Notes under the pieces: model-generated
Database searches by the model: none
What the model saw: only the letters and a program-made list of their open reading frames with translations
What the model was told of the DNA's origin: nothing
Part shown: piece after piece, positions 40,312 through 51,622 of the stretch
Numbering within the stretch: the first letter of the stretch is position 1
How the letters are laid out: each line of letters begins with the position of its first letter
Made by a program: the position numbers and the translations under genes
Assembly (NCBI GenBank): GCA_963741325.1
Contig: CAVUHJ010000002.1
Span: 59,373 to 123,372 of the forward strand
DNA length: 64,000 bases
Direction: 5' to 3'
From: an uncultured Chloroflexia bacterium
GTDB lineage: Bacteria; Chloroflexota; Anaerolineae; Anaerolineales; Villigracilaceae

Positions 40312-41586
40312 TCAGTCACGTTTGAACCGTGAGTAATCGGGTTTGGGCATGTCCATGCCGGAGACGGGCAGCCCGTTGAGAGCGCGTACCTTCATCGATA
40401 AACCGAATAAACGAATAAATCCTTCCGCGTGACTCTGGTCGTAGACATCCTCCTGGCCAAAGGTTGCAAAATCTTCGCGATATAAACTGAACGGCGACTT
40501 GCGCCCGGCGGCGATGATATTGCCTTTGTAGAGCTTGAGCCGCACGGTGCCGGTAACGGGACCCTGGGTTGAATCCACAAACGCATCGATGGCCTCGCGC
40601 AGCGGCGTGAACCACAAGCCGTTATAGGTCAGCTCGGCATATTTGACCGCCACCATCTCCTTGAAATGCATGGTCTCGCGGTCGAGGATCAACGACTTCA
40701 AGTTCGCGATGGGCATGGAACAAGATCGTTCCGCCGGGTGTCTCGTAAACACCATGAGACTTCATCCCCACCAGGCGGTTCTCCACCAGGTCGACGCGGC
40801 CGATGCCGTGCGTGCCGCCGATGGCGTTGAGCCTTTCGACGATCTTGGCGGGCGACAACTTTTCATCGTTCACCGCCACGGGGCGTGCCGCTCTCGAATT
40901 CGATCGTGACGTACTGCGGCTTCATCCGGGGCATTCTCAGGGGAAGTGCTGATCTGATACATGGATTCTTCCGGCTCGTTCCACGGGTCTTCCAACAGCC
41001 CGCCTTCATGCGAAATATGCCACAGGTTCGAATCGCGGCTGTAGATGGACTTGATGGTGGCGGTGACCGGTACGTTATGCTTGGCGGCAAAGGCGATGGC
41101 GTCTTCGCGCGAGCGTATCTCCCATTCGCGCCAGGGAGCGATGATCTTCAAGCGCGGGTCGAGCGCCATGACGGTCAGCTCGAAGCGCACCTGGTCGTTG
41201 CCTTTGCCGGTCGCGCCGTGAGCGACGGCATCCGCGCCCACCTGATGAGCCACGTCCACCAGGTGCTTGGCGATCAGCGGCCGCGCCACCGAAGTGCCCA
41301 GCAGGTATTTGTGTTCATAGATGCCCCCGGCTTTGAGCATGCGGAACAGGTAATCTGCCGCGAACTCCTCCTTGAGGTCCTTGATCACGCACTGGCTGGC
41401 CCCGCTCTTCATGGCTTTCTGCTCGAGGCCGCGCAGGTCTTCGTCGCCCTGGCCCACGTCGGCGCAAAAGCAGACGACCTCACAGGCATAATTCTCCTTG
41501 AGCCAGGGCACGATCACAGACGTATCCAATCCTCCGGAATAGGCCAGGACGATCTTCTTCACTTGCGGTTTTGGTTTGGTTTTCAT
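40312..41586 (-). CDS. argG: Argininosuccinate synthase; frame broken about 3 times (near 40920, 40870 and 40720)
   Basis: ..[13 protein letters not shown].., ..[14 protein letters not shown].., ..[14 protein letters not shown].. across four ORFs. Confidence 0.85.
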
Positions 41587-41599
41587 AACAGCTCCTTGA

Positions 41600-41637
41600 A
41601 GCAAAATAAAACAGCCCTCCGAGAAGGAGGGCTGTTT
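41600..41637 (-). terminator. Intrinsic terminator 15-20 nt upstream of the argG RBS (attenuator candidate; also the end of the upstream unit)
   Basis: AAACAGCCCTCC-ttctc-GGAGGGCTGTTT followed by TATTTTGCTT on the minus strand. Confidence 0.7.
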
Positions 41638-41675
41638 GGGTTCACCGGCAGGTGCGCTTTTGTATTGCCTGCCTA

Positions 41676-41765
41676 TTCCATCATCCGAACCAAAAAAGAT
41701 CCAACCTTCTCACGGAGAAGTGGATGCGGACGACGGGTACGCGGGCTCACAAAAAGCCTTAACAT
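41676..41765 (-). CDS. Candidate 29-codon leader peptide, Arg-rich
   Basis: [30 protein letters not shown]; 6 Arg including tandem CGT CGT; the ATG lies 10 nt after the -10 box. Confidence 0.35.
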
Positions 41766-41775
41766 ATTGGGCGGT

Positions 41776-41803
41776 ATTCTACCACCCACCGCAAATATGT
41801 CAA
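41776..41803 (-). promoter_or_regulatory. Sigma-70-like promoter of the arg leader
   Basis: TTGACA-16 nt-TAGAAT then ACCGCCCAATATG. Confidence 0.5.
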
Positions 41804-42000
41804 TGCTGTTTTGGAAAATCTTTTTTGAAATTCTAAACTGATTGGCTGCTCTTTTGGCAGCCGAATCCCGATCCGCATTTAGAGTTGGGCTGTTTATGTT
41901 TGCATAGATGATCCTGTCAGCCTCAGAGAGTCTCTTAAGTCTTTGCTGCCTTCTATTTTGAACGCGGATTTCACAGACAAATAAGGATTTTTTTTCAAGA

Positions 42001-42045
42001 TTTTCCGCGTAAATCCGTTAAATCCGTGTTATCCGTGTACAAATC
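42001..42045. repeat. CCGCGTAAATCCG-type short repeat cluster
   Basis: TTTTCCGCGTAAATCCGTTAAATCCGTGTTATCCGTGT; related strings at 45731-45770 and 55310-55355. Confidence 0.6.
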
Positions 42046-42051
42046 GCCTCA

Positions 42052-42900
42052 TCAGGCCATTACCTTTGCCTGGGCCAATACATAATCCACCATCTTCTCC
42101 GGGATGTTGACTCCGGTGGTGGTGATGCTGTTGCGGAACTCCATGGTGTGATTGATCTCATTGATGGTCAGGCCGTTCTCGGTCTCGAACAAGTCGAGCG
42201 CCAGCAGTCCGCCTCCCATGGCCTGTGCGCCGCGCTGGCACAGGTCGGCGATCTCGTCCGTGACCGGGCAGTTGGTGGCAACCCCGCCGCGGGCCGTGTT
42301 GGTGATCCAGCTTTCCGAGGAACGGTAGATGGCGCAGATGGTCTCATCGCCGATCACGAAGGCGCGGATATCGCGCCCGGGCTTGTTGATATATTCCTGG
42401 ATGTAAAAGACCTGGTGGTTGACGCCCAGCGCGGCTTTATGTTCGATGAAAGCCTGGGCTGCCGAGCGGTCGTCCACTTTGGCCAGCAGCCGCCCCCACG
42501 ACCCGATCACCGGTTTGAGCACGCAGGGGTAGCCCACCTGGTCCATGGCGGCCATGGCGGAATCCTCGTCGAAGGCCATCAGCACGCGCGGCGTCGGGAT
42601 GTTGTTCCTGACCAGGATCTGGCTGGTGACGTATTTGTCGCCGCAGCGTTCGGCGATCACGGACGGGTTGATCACGGGCACGCCCTGCGCTTCGAAGATC
42701 CGGGAGATATACAGGCCTCGCGAATAGGAGATGGACCGTTCGAAAAGCACATCAACCTCCCAGGAGGGTTTTGAGATATCGAAGTACGTCTCGCCGTCCA
42801 GGATCCGGACGATCTCCACCTTGGGGCGGCGCGCTAATTCTTCCAGCAGGAGTTTCTCCTCGGGGCGCAGGCGGGTCATAAGAAAACCAATACGGGTCAT
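42052..42900 (-). CDS. Second RimK/LysX-family ATP-grasp ligase (LysX or ArgX paralogue)
   Basis: Intact 282 aa; roughly 50% identical by eye to the lysW-adjacent copy (..[50 protein letters not shown]..). Confidence 0.75.
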   Translation of the reverse strand: MTRIGFLMTRLRPEEKLLLEELARRPKVEIVRILDGETYFDISKPSWEVDVLFERSISYSRGLYISRIFEAQGVPVINPSVIAERCGDKYVTSQILVRNNIPTPRVLMAFDEDSAMAAMDQVGYPCVLKPVIGSWGRLLAKVDDRSAAQAFIEHKAALGVNHQVFYIQEYINKPGRDIRAFVIGDETICAIYRSSESWITNTARGGVATNCPVTDEIADLCQRGAQAMGGGLLALDLFETENGLTINEINHTMEFRNSITTTGVNIPEKMVDYVLAQAKVMA

Positions 42901-42903
42901 GCG

Positions 42904-44418
<1,515 letters not shown>

Positions 44419-44419
44419 G

Positions 44420-45677
44420 TCAGGCCTCCTCGAAAGTAGGGTCGTGGGTCGGTGATCTTGCCGGTCAGCGCTGTGGCAGCCGCGGTGGCCGGGCTGGCCA
44501 GGTAGATCTCCGATAGCGGGCTGCCCATGCGTCCGATGAAGTTGCGGTTCATGGTGGTGAGGGCCCGCTCGCCGGCCGCCAGGATCCCGCCGTGACGGCC
44601 GATGCACGCGCCGCAGCCTGAGCCGGTGACCGTGCAGCCCGCATCCATCAGGATCTCGATCAGCCCGTTCTGCAGGGCCTTCTTGTAGATGCGCGCGCTG
44701 GCCGGGGTGACGATGACGCGTGTATACGGGTGGACTTTTTTCCCTTTGAGCATGTTCGCCACGATCTCCAGGTCTTCATAACGGGCATTGGTGCAGGTGC
44801 CGATATAGACCTCCTGCACCTCCAGCCCGGTCACCTCGTCCAGCGGCTTGACGTTGTCCACATCCGGGTGGCAGGAGACCTGCGGCGCAAGCTCGGAAAC
44901 ATCGAGTTCCAGCACACGCTCGTAATGCGGGTTCACCGGCAGGATCATTTCGAACGGACCTTGAGCCGGTGTCTCCTTTTCAAGGTAGTCGAGCGTGACC
45001 TGGTCGGCGGCGATCAATCCGCATTTCGCGCCGATCTCGGTGGACATGTTCGGAAAAATAATGCGCTCATGCACCGGCAGGTTATCGATGTAGTCCCCGC
45101 CGAATTCCACGGAACGATAGGTGGCGCCGTCCATGCCCAGCAGGCCGGCGATATGGATCATCACATCCTTGGCATAAACTCCCGGCTGGGTCTTGCCATG
45201 CAGTTCCACCCGCAGGGTCTCCGGCACCTTGAACCAGCATTTCCCGGTCACCCAGGCCACGCCGATCTCGGTGGAGCCCAGTCCGGTGCCAAAGGCGCCC
45301 ATGGCTCCGTAGGTATTGGAATGCGAGTCGGCGCCGATGACGATGGACCCGGGCGTGACAAAGCCTTCCTCGATCATCACCTGGTGGCATACACCCTGCT
45401 TGAACAGGTAGGGCAGTTCCTGTTCTTTTACGAATTCCATGATCTTCTTATGGTTCTCGGCTGCCAGTATATTCGGCGCCGGATAGGCATGATCGAAATG
45501 GATCACGATGCGCTCCTTATCCAGGATCGGCTTGCCGATCTCCTTAAAGGCCTTGATGGCAAGCGGGGTGGTATTGTCGTGGCTCATGATGTAATCCACG
45601 TCCACCAGCACGATCTCACCGGCATGCACGTCATGCCCGGCTTTGCGGGAAAGGATCTCTTCAATCAAAGTACCCAT
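44420..45677 (-). CDS. hacA: Homoaconitase large subunit (LeuC-like); frame broken near 44445
   Basis: AGAAGGAGAG RBS; ..IGADSHSNTYGA.., ..GTCTNARYEDL.., ..GCGACIG.. Fe-S ligand motifs. Confidence 0.8.
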
Positions 45678-45730
45678 AATCTCTCCTTCTTTCGATTTGG
45701 TCTGTCCAACTGGCAAATCTATAAACTGGA

Positions 45731-45770
45731 CACGGATCAACGCGGATAAACGCGGATTTTTCGGGAAGGC
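45731..45770. repeat. ATCCGCGT-type short repeat cluster (inverted orientation)
   Basis: Reverse complement reads AAAAATCCGCGTTTATCCGCGTTGATCCGTGTCC. Confidence 0.55.
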
Positions 45771-45939
45771 CAAAGCGAGAAAAATCCATTCCGCCTTTGC
45801 GGATGGCCTTGATGCATAGAAACCGCCAAGCACGCAGAAAAAAATTGGCCTTCATCTTTGTTTATCTCTGTTCATCTCCGGTGAATTTCCACTACCGGAG
45901 GAACACTCTCCCATAAGCCATGCGGAAGCCTCATTTCGA

Positions 45940-47325
45940 TCACTCAGCCTTCCCGTTGTATTTTTTCAGCACCATGCGTGTCTCGGTGCGTTTCACCCCG
46001 ACCACCGTGCGGATCTCTTCGATCAGGTTGTTCAAGCGCCATCACGTTCTCCACGTTCACAAAAGCGTTGATGTCATAATCGCCCGTGAGCTCGTAGACG
46101 TAGTTCACATTCTTGAACCCGCGCAGCCGGCGCACCACCGACGTGGTGTATACATGGGATTCCACTTCCAGCATCACCATGGCGCTGATATCATGCGGGA
46201 TCACATCGATCTCCCGCCCGGTCACGCGTTCGGCGATCTCGATGATGTCCGTGTCGAACAACTGCTTGCGCTCATCGCCCAGGTTTTTGATGCGCGTGAC
46301 GATCACTTCCAGTTCCGCCGGGCTGACCTCGATGCCGTATTCATCCAGCCGGGCAGCCACGGCGCTCTTGCCGGTATATTTATCGATCACGATCTTGCGC
46401 TCCCGGCCCAGGATGGCCGGGTCGAACGGCTCATAGGTACGCGGGTCCTTGAGCACCCCGTTGCTGTGGACGCCGCTTTTGTGCGTAAAGGCGTTCTGTC
46501 CGGTGATGGGTTTATTGGGAGCCATGAAGAACCCGGAGACCTTTTCGAGATAGCCCGAAATATCCATCAAAGGCTGGATGTTGTACTTCTGATCGCCCTC
46601 CAGGTTATGAAAGGCAACGATGGTTTCCGCCAGGTCGGGGATGCCCGTCCGCTCGCCGAGGCCGTTCACCGTGGTATGGATGCAGTCCGCGCCGCCGCGG
46701 ATGCCCGCCATGGCATTCGCCAGCGCCAGGCCGTAATCGTTGTGGCAGTGCAGGTCTATCTTGCAATCCGACAAGCGCTCACGCAGGGCGCACACCCGCT
46801 CGAACATGCTGTGCGGCTGCATGATCCCCAGCGTGTCTGCGAAGCTGATGCGGTCCGCCCCGGCCTCGATGGCTGCGTTGCAGACCTTCACCAGGAATTC
46901 GAAATCGGTGCGGGTGGCATCCTCCGGCGTATAACGCACCTTCAGGCCCAGGCTGCGGGCATAGGCGATGTGGTCGCAGATGATCTCGATCGCCTGTTCC
47001 TGCGTTTTATGCAGCTTGGCATCCAGGTGGATTTTCGAGGTGGCATAAAAGATGGCGACCCTGTCCGCCCCGCAGTCTTTGGCCTTATCGATGCCGGACG
47101 CGTGCGGCGATGGAATGTGCCACGATCTCCGCTTTGAGCCCCAGCCCGGCGATGCGTTGGATGGCCTTGGCCACGCTCGGCGAAACGGACGGGTCGCCCG
47201 CTTCGATCATGTCCACGCCCACACTGGTCGAGCATCCGCGCAATCTCGACCTTTTCATCGATGGTAAAGTTGACATAAGGCGTTTGTTCGCCTTCGCGCA
47301 GGGTGGTATCCAGGATTTCGACCAT
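45940..47325 (-). CDS. hcs: Homocitrate synthase with a C-terminal RAM (Lrp/AsnC ligand-binding-like) domain; frame broken about 4 times
   Basis: [16 protein letters not shown].., ..[12 protein letters not shown].., tail ..[80 protein letters not shown]. Confidence 0.8.
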
Positions 47326-47342
47326 GATACAGGCTCCTTTTC

Positions 47343-47383
47343 TTAAACAAAAAAACGCGCTCTCCGATATCGGAGAGCGCGTT
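47343..47383 (-). terminator. Intrinsic terminator 29 nt upstream of the hcs ATG (attenuator candidate)
   Basis: AACGCGCTCTCCGATATCGGAGAGCGCGTT followed by TTTTTTGTTT on the minus strand. Confidence 0.75.
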
Positions 47384-47427
47384 GGTAATAGAAAATAGAC
47401 GTGAAGCGTTAGCTTATGTCTTTCTGA

Positions 47428-47529
47428 TTAACCAGCGCAGGCCCACAGATTCCGACTATCGAAGATTCCGGACGTGGGCAGGCGCTTAGCGTTGGCCTCA
47501 AAAACAAATGCAGGATTCATCTTGCTCAT
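47428..47529 (-). CDS. Candidate 33-codon leader peptide
   Basis: MSKMNPAFVFEANAKRLPTSGIFDSRNLWACAG*; the ATG lies 10 nt after the -10 box. Confidence 0.3.
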   Translation of the reverse strand: MSKMNPAFVFEANAKRLPTSGIFDSRNLWACAG

Positions 47530-47539
47530 ATTGGGCAGG

Positions 47540-47568
47540 TTTATACTCTTATATGTGTGAATTGTCAA
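47540..47568 (-). promoter_or_regulatory. Sigma-70-like promoter of the lys leader
   Basis: TTGACA-17 nt-TATAAA then CCTGCCCAATATG. Confidence 0.55.
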
Positions 47569-47730
47569 CAAATAGCTACCTTAAATCTTTTTCTTTGGTG
47601 CCACTCTCGTAAAAAATGTAAGCTCCTGTCCACTTGACCAGGAGCAAAACTCCTCAACGGGCGGGGAAGTTCTGTATTAACTCACCTTAAGCAAAATGTA
47701 TTGCAGGTCCCAGTAATCCAGGAGAAGCGT

Positions 47731-48219
47731 CTATGGGTGGTCATAGACGTAGAAAATGTAATCTTGAGACGTTGTTTTGACTCCCAAATCGTTTAGTAAC
47801 CTGAGAAGTTGTGCGCGATGATCCGTACCATGATTGGCTACATGGAGAAGCACCTGCCACAGTATAAGATCTTTGTCTTCTCCCTCTGCGAACGGTTTTT
47901 CGAATAACATATCGTCCCGCAGTTTTGCCAGATAATCGCGCATATTTTGCTCAACGTTATCCCAGCGTGCACGAATGGTTTTCCGATCGTCAAAGTCAGC
48001 GGGGTTAGGCGATTTTGGGATTTCGACGCCTCGCAATCCGCTAAACCATGTATCATCAACGCTCATGAGATGAACAATTTGGTTTCGGACAGACCCATGA
48101 GAGTAGCCTGCATTTTGCGTGAACTGTTCCTGGGATAGTGAAGTGATATAGGTATCCCATATGTTGCGATTTTCAGTGAAGTGATAGTCGTAGAAATGGC
48201 GAAAGGCATTTGCATTCAT
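47731..48219 (-). CDS. DinB-family protein
   Basis: ..SVRNQIVHLMSVDDTW.. and ..HVANHGTDHRAQL.. His pattern; lower-GC gene. Confidence 0.65.
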   Translation of the reverse strand: MNANAFRHFYDYHFTENRNIWDTYITSLSQEQFTQNAGYSHGSVRNQIVHLMSVDDTWFSGLRGVEIPKSPNPADFDDRKTIRARWDNVEQNMRDYLAKLRDDMLFEKPFAEGEDKDLILWQVLLHVANHGTDHRAQLLRLLNDLGVKTTSQDYIFYVYDHP

Positions 48220-48488
48220 ATCGTTACTTACTCCTCTCCAGGCGGCGAAAAACATTCTAGCACAAGTGTTCGAATTAAGTCAAGTATCTATTCACAGCCT
48301 TTTGTAGAAGTATGCGAAGCAGTATCACCACCAGTAAATACGAAGTCAAAATATATGCTATTCAGGGGGTCTGCGGCATTTTTACCCCACAAAAGTCTTT
48401 ACACGATCTTCATAATCGCTTTATGCCTGCTTCAAGGGAGGAACCTATACTGATGTCATAAAACAGCAAACCCGATAGGAGATCATCC

Positions 48489-49354
48489 ATGAACAAGACT
48501 TTGAGCACGATCCTGATCGTCATCGCCATCCTCGCTTTAGCGGGCGGCATCTTTTTCTTCGGAACCATGTACGCCCGCGCCTCCGTCTTTGGCCCGGGCA
48601 TGATGGCATTTGCACCTGGCACCAGCACAGGTGTGCCAGTATATGGTACGAACAATAACAATTCTTATGGTCCAGGGACGGCTGGCGGTTATGGCATAGG
48701 GCCTGGCATGATGGGTACAGGCCGCGGCGGTTACGGCATGGGACCCGGGCATGATGAATGGCTACGGCTTGAATAACGGGACGGCTTCCAACGCCACTCC
48801 CCTTACGGTTGACCAGGCTAAGCAGGCTGCGGGGAAATATATCCAATCCCTCAACATTCAAGGATTCGAAATCGGAGAGGTCATGATCTTCGATAATAAT
48901 GCCTATGTGGTCGTGAAGGAAAGCGACACGGGTTTGGGCGCGTTCGAACTATTGGTAGACCCGGTCTCGCAGATCGCCTACCCGGAATATGGCCCCAACA
49001 TGATGTGGAACCTCAAGTATGGCGGCCTCAACCACAGTGGAATGATGTTTGGCATAGGTGCGGCTGGGCGGCATGGCATGATGGAACGGTTCGAATTACC
49101 AATCTACGACCCCGGCGGATGTCTCGCCGGATATGACCGTAACAAAAGACCAGGCCATCAAGAACGCCCAGGCTTATCTCGACCAATATCAGCCCGGAAC
49201 CATCGCCGCTAATGACCCCATGCAGTTCTACGGATATTACACCCTCGACTTCTCGAAAGTTGGCAAGGTCACCGGAATGTTAAGTGTCAATGGTTTTAGT
49301 GGACAGGTCTTCCTCCACACCTGGCATGGAACTTTTATCGAAGAATCCAAGTAA
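48489..49354 (+). CDS. Membrane-anchored Gly/Met-rich protein with two PepSY-like domains; frame broken near 48745 and 49125
   Basis: N-terminal TM, GPGMMG repeats, ..LTVDQAKQAAGKYIQSL.. and ..MTVTKDQAIKNAQAYLDQY.. modules. Confidence 0.55.
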
Positions 49355-49522
49355 CCGGTTCGCACTTGCGCTGATGATCAGACTGGTCGCGCGCGTCAGT
49401 TTCATCTGGACTGAAGTTCGCACGAAGTATACCTGCACCTTCGGTGTCCGGGGAACCGAAGGGACAGTAGTATACCTACAGTCACTATCGGACATTAACC
49501 TTAAGGCAATCGAGCAGCTCTC

Positions 49523-50206
49523 ATGGCAAAAATCCTTGTGATAGACGACGAACCCTCCATTGTAAATCTCGTAACCGCCTACCTCAAACCGGAAGGCTAC
49601 GAGGTGCACACTGCCATTGACGGGCAATCGGGTCTCAAAGCCGCGCGCGCTTTCAAGCCCGACCTGGTTATCCTGGATATCATGCTGCCCGGCATGGACG
49701 GGTTGGAGCTGCTCTCACGCTTGCGCCGCGAATCAGAAGTGTACGTGATCCTGCTCACGGCCAAAACCGAGGAGACCGATAAGATCGTGGGCCTCTCGGT
49801 GGGAGCGGACGATTACGTGACCAAACCCTTCAGCCCCCGCGAGCTGACGGCGCGCGTCAAAGCGGCGCTCCGGCGCATCCAAACCCCCGCCGCTTCAGGC
49901 TCCGGGATGAGCGTATTGTCTTTCCGCCATCTGCGGATGGATACCGGCGCGCGCAAGGTCAGCGTGGATGAGAAGCCGGTTGATCTGACCGCCGTCGAGT
50001 TCGATCTGCTGAAGGCGCTCGCGGAAAACCGTGGGCGAGTGGTAACACGCGAACAACTGCTGGAAAAAGTCTGGGGTGGGGAGTATTTCGGCGAGATGCG
50101 CGTGGTGGACGTGCACCTGGGCCACGTGCGCCAGAAGCTTGGACGTGATGATCTGATCGTCACCGTACGCGGCGTTGGCTATCGCTTCGAAGATGAACCC
50201 CTTTAG
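49523..50206 (+). CDS. OmpR/PhoB-family response regulator
   Basis: Intact 227 aa; MAKILVIDDEPSIVNL..LVILDIMLPGMDG..; winged-helix C-terminus ..VRGVGYRF. Confidence 0.85.
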   Translation: MAKILVIDDEPSIVNLVTAYLKPEGYEVHTAIDGQSGLKAARAFKPDLVILDIMLPGMDGLELLSRLRRESEVYVILLTAKTEETDKIVGLSVGADDYVTKPFSPRELTARVKAALRRIQTPAASGSGMSVLSFRHLRMDTGARKVSVDEKPVDLTAVEFDLLKALAENRGRVVTREQLLEKVWGGEYFGEMRVVDVHLGHVRQKLGRDDLIVTVRGVGYRFEDEPL

Positions 50207-50221
50207 CTATTCCGAGGAATT

Positions 50222-51401
50222 ATGACCGATTACTTCCGTCGTCACTTGGGCGCAAAGCTCTTACTCTCCTACCTGGTCGTCATCGTGGTGGGTGCTGTGG
50301 TGTTGGTCGCTGCCAGCCAGTTCATCCTGCCCGCCTCCTTCAATCGCCATATGGGCGGGATGCTGGGGAGCCCGAACGGTGGGATGATGGGCTTGGGAAG
50401 GCAGGGGTCTGGCGGGCAAGGGTTGGGCAGCGGGCAGGGCTTTGGCAGCCCCACCACAATGGCCCAGCTCTACAACGATTATCGCGCCGGCTTCAACGAG
50501 GCTCTCACCTATGGTGCACTGGCGGCTTTGGTTGTGGCCGTGGCTCTCGGATTGTTTTTCAGCCGTAGTGTGATCGCGCCCGTGGCTGCCATGTCACTTG
50601 CCACACAGCGCATTGCCGACGGGCGCTATGATGAACGCCTGCAGGTGCACGGTGAGGATGAGCTTGCCCAGCTGGCCCTGCGCTTTAATCAAATGGCCGA
50701 AAAGCTCGACCAGGTCGAAGCGATGCGCCGCCGCCTCATCGCAGACGTCAGCCACGAGCTGCGCACCCCGTTGACCGCCATCAAAGGCTCGATGGAAGGA
50801 TTGATGGACGGCGTGCTGCCCGCCGCCGATGAAACCTATCAACAGATCCACAGCGAGGCGGACCGGCTCAATCGCCTGGTGGACGACCTGCAGGAACTCA
50901 GCCGTGTGGAAGCTCGCGCTTATGAGTTGGACCTCCGCCCCGTGGAGGTTGCATCTCTCGCGCGGAGCGTAGCCAAACGCCTCACGCCTCAAGCTCAAAC
51001 AAAGCGCATCTCTCTTGACCTTGAACTGCCTCCCGACCTGCCGCGTATCCTCGCCGACGAAGACCGCCTCATGCAGGTGCTGACCAACCTGACCGGCAAT
51101 GCGCTGCAGTACACCCCCGAAGGCGGCCGCGTCGACCATTTCTGCGAAACGGATCAATGGCGAAGTTGAAATTGCAGTCCGCGATACGGGCATCGGCATT
51201 CCCTCCGAGCACCTGGCGCACATCTTCGACCGCTTCTACCGCGTGGACAAATCCCGCTCACGTCAAGCCGGCGGCGGGAGCGGCATCGGCCTGACGATTG
51301 CCCGCGCGCTGGTCGAAGCGCAGGGCGGGCGCATCCGGGCCGAGTCGGCGGGCGAAGGGCAGGGAAGCACGTTCACGTTTACGCTGCCCATCGCAAAATA
51401 A
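50222..51401 (+). CDS. Sensor histidine kinase (HAMP + HisKA + HATPase); frame broken near 51150
   Basis: H-box ..[15 protein letters not shown]..; N/G boxes ..[18 protein letters not shown].. Confidence 0.8.
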
Positions 51402-51515
51402 AGCAGTGTTTGTTAAATCACAAAACTGAGGGTTGTAAATCAAATCGGGATTTGCTAAAATGAGCCCGCCAAGGTAGGTGCTCTTCGTAAAATATTTATT
51501 TTTTGATCCCTTAAG

Positions 51516-51545
51516 GCCGTCTGTGTCATAACAGATGGCTTTTTG
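51516..51545 (+). terminator. Intrinsic terminator
   Basis: GCCGTCTGT-gtcata-ACAGATGGC (one G-U pair) then TTTTT. Confidence 0.55.
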
Positions 51546-51622
51546 GAAAATCGGGTCAATTGGTTGTTGTTAACCGCTATCTTATCAATTTCTTTCGGGA
51601 AAACCATATCAGGAGAGAGAAC

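Noticed and set aside
45920-47137. Long plus-strand ORF (405 aa). Similar long ORFs lie at 16219-17319, 40885-41841, 42963-43799, 44730-45749 and 1450-2280.
   Set aside because: They lie antisense to genes with clear family motifs. They have Arg/Gly/His-rich low-complexity translations typical of shadow ORFs in GC-rich DNA.
47343-47540. Lysine (L-box) riboswitch or T-box in the hcs leader
   Set aside because: I could not find the conserved L-box helices or motifs, or the T-box AGAGA/GGUGGUACCGCG-type sequences, by eye. The question is left open as an unknown attenuator pending a covariance-model search.
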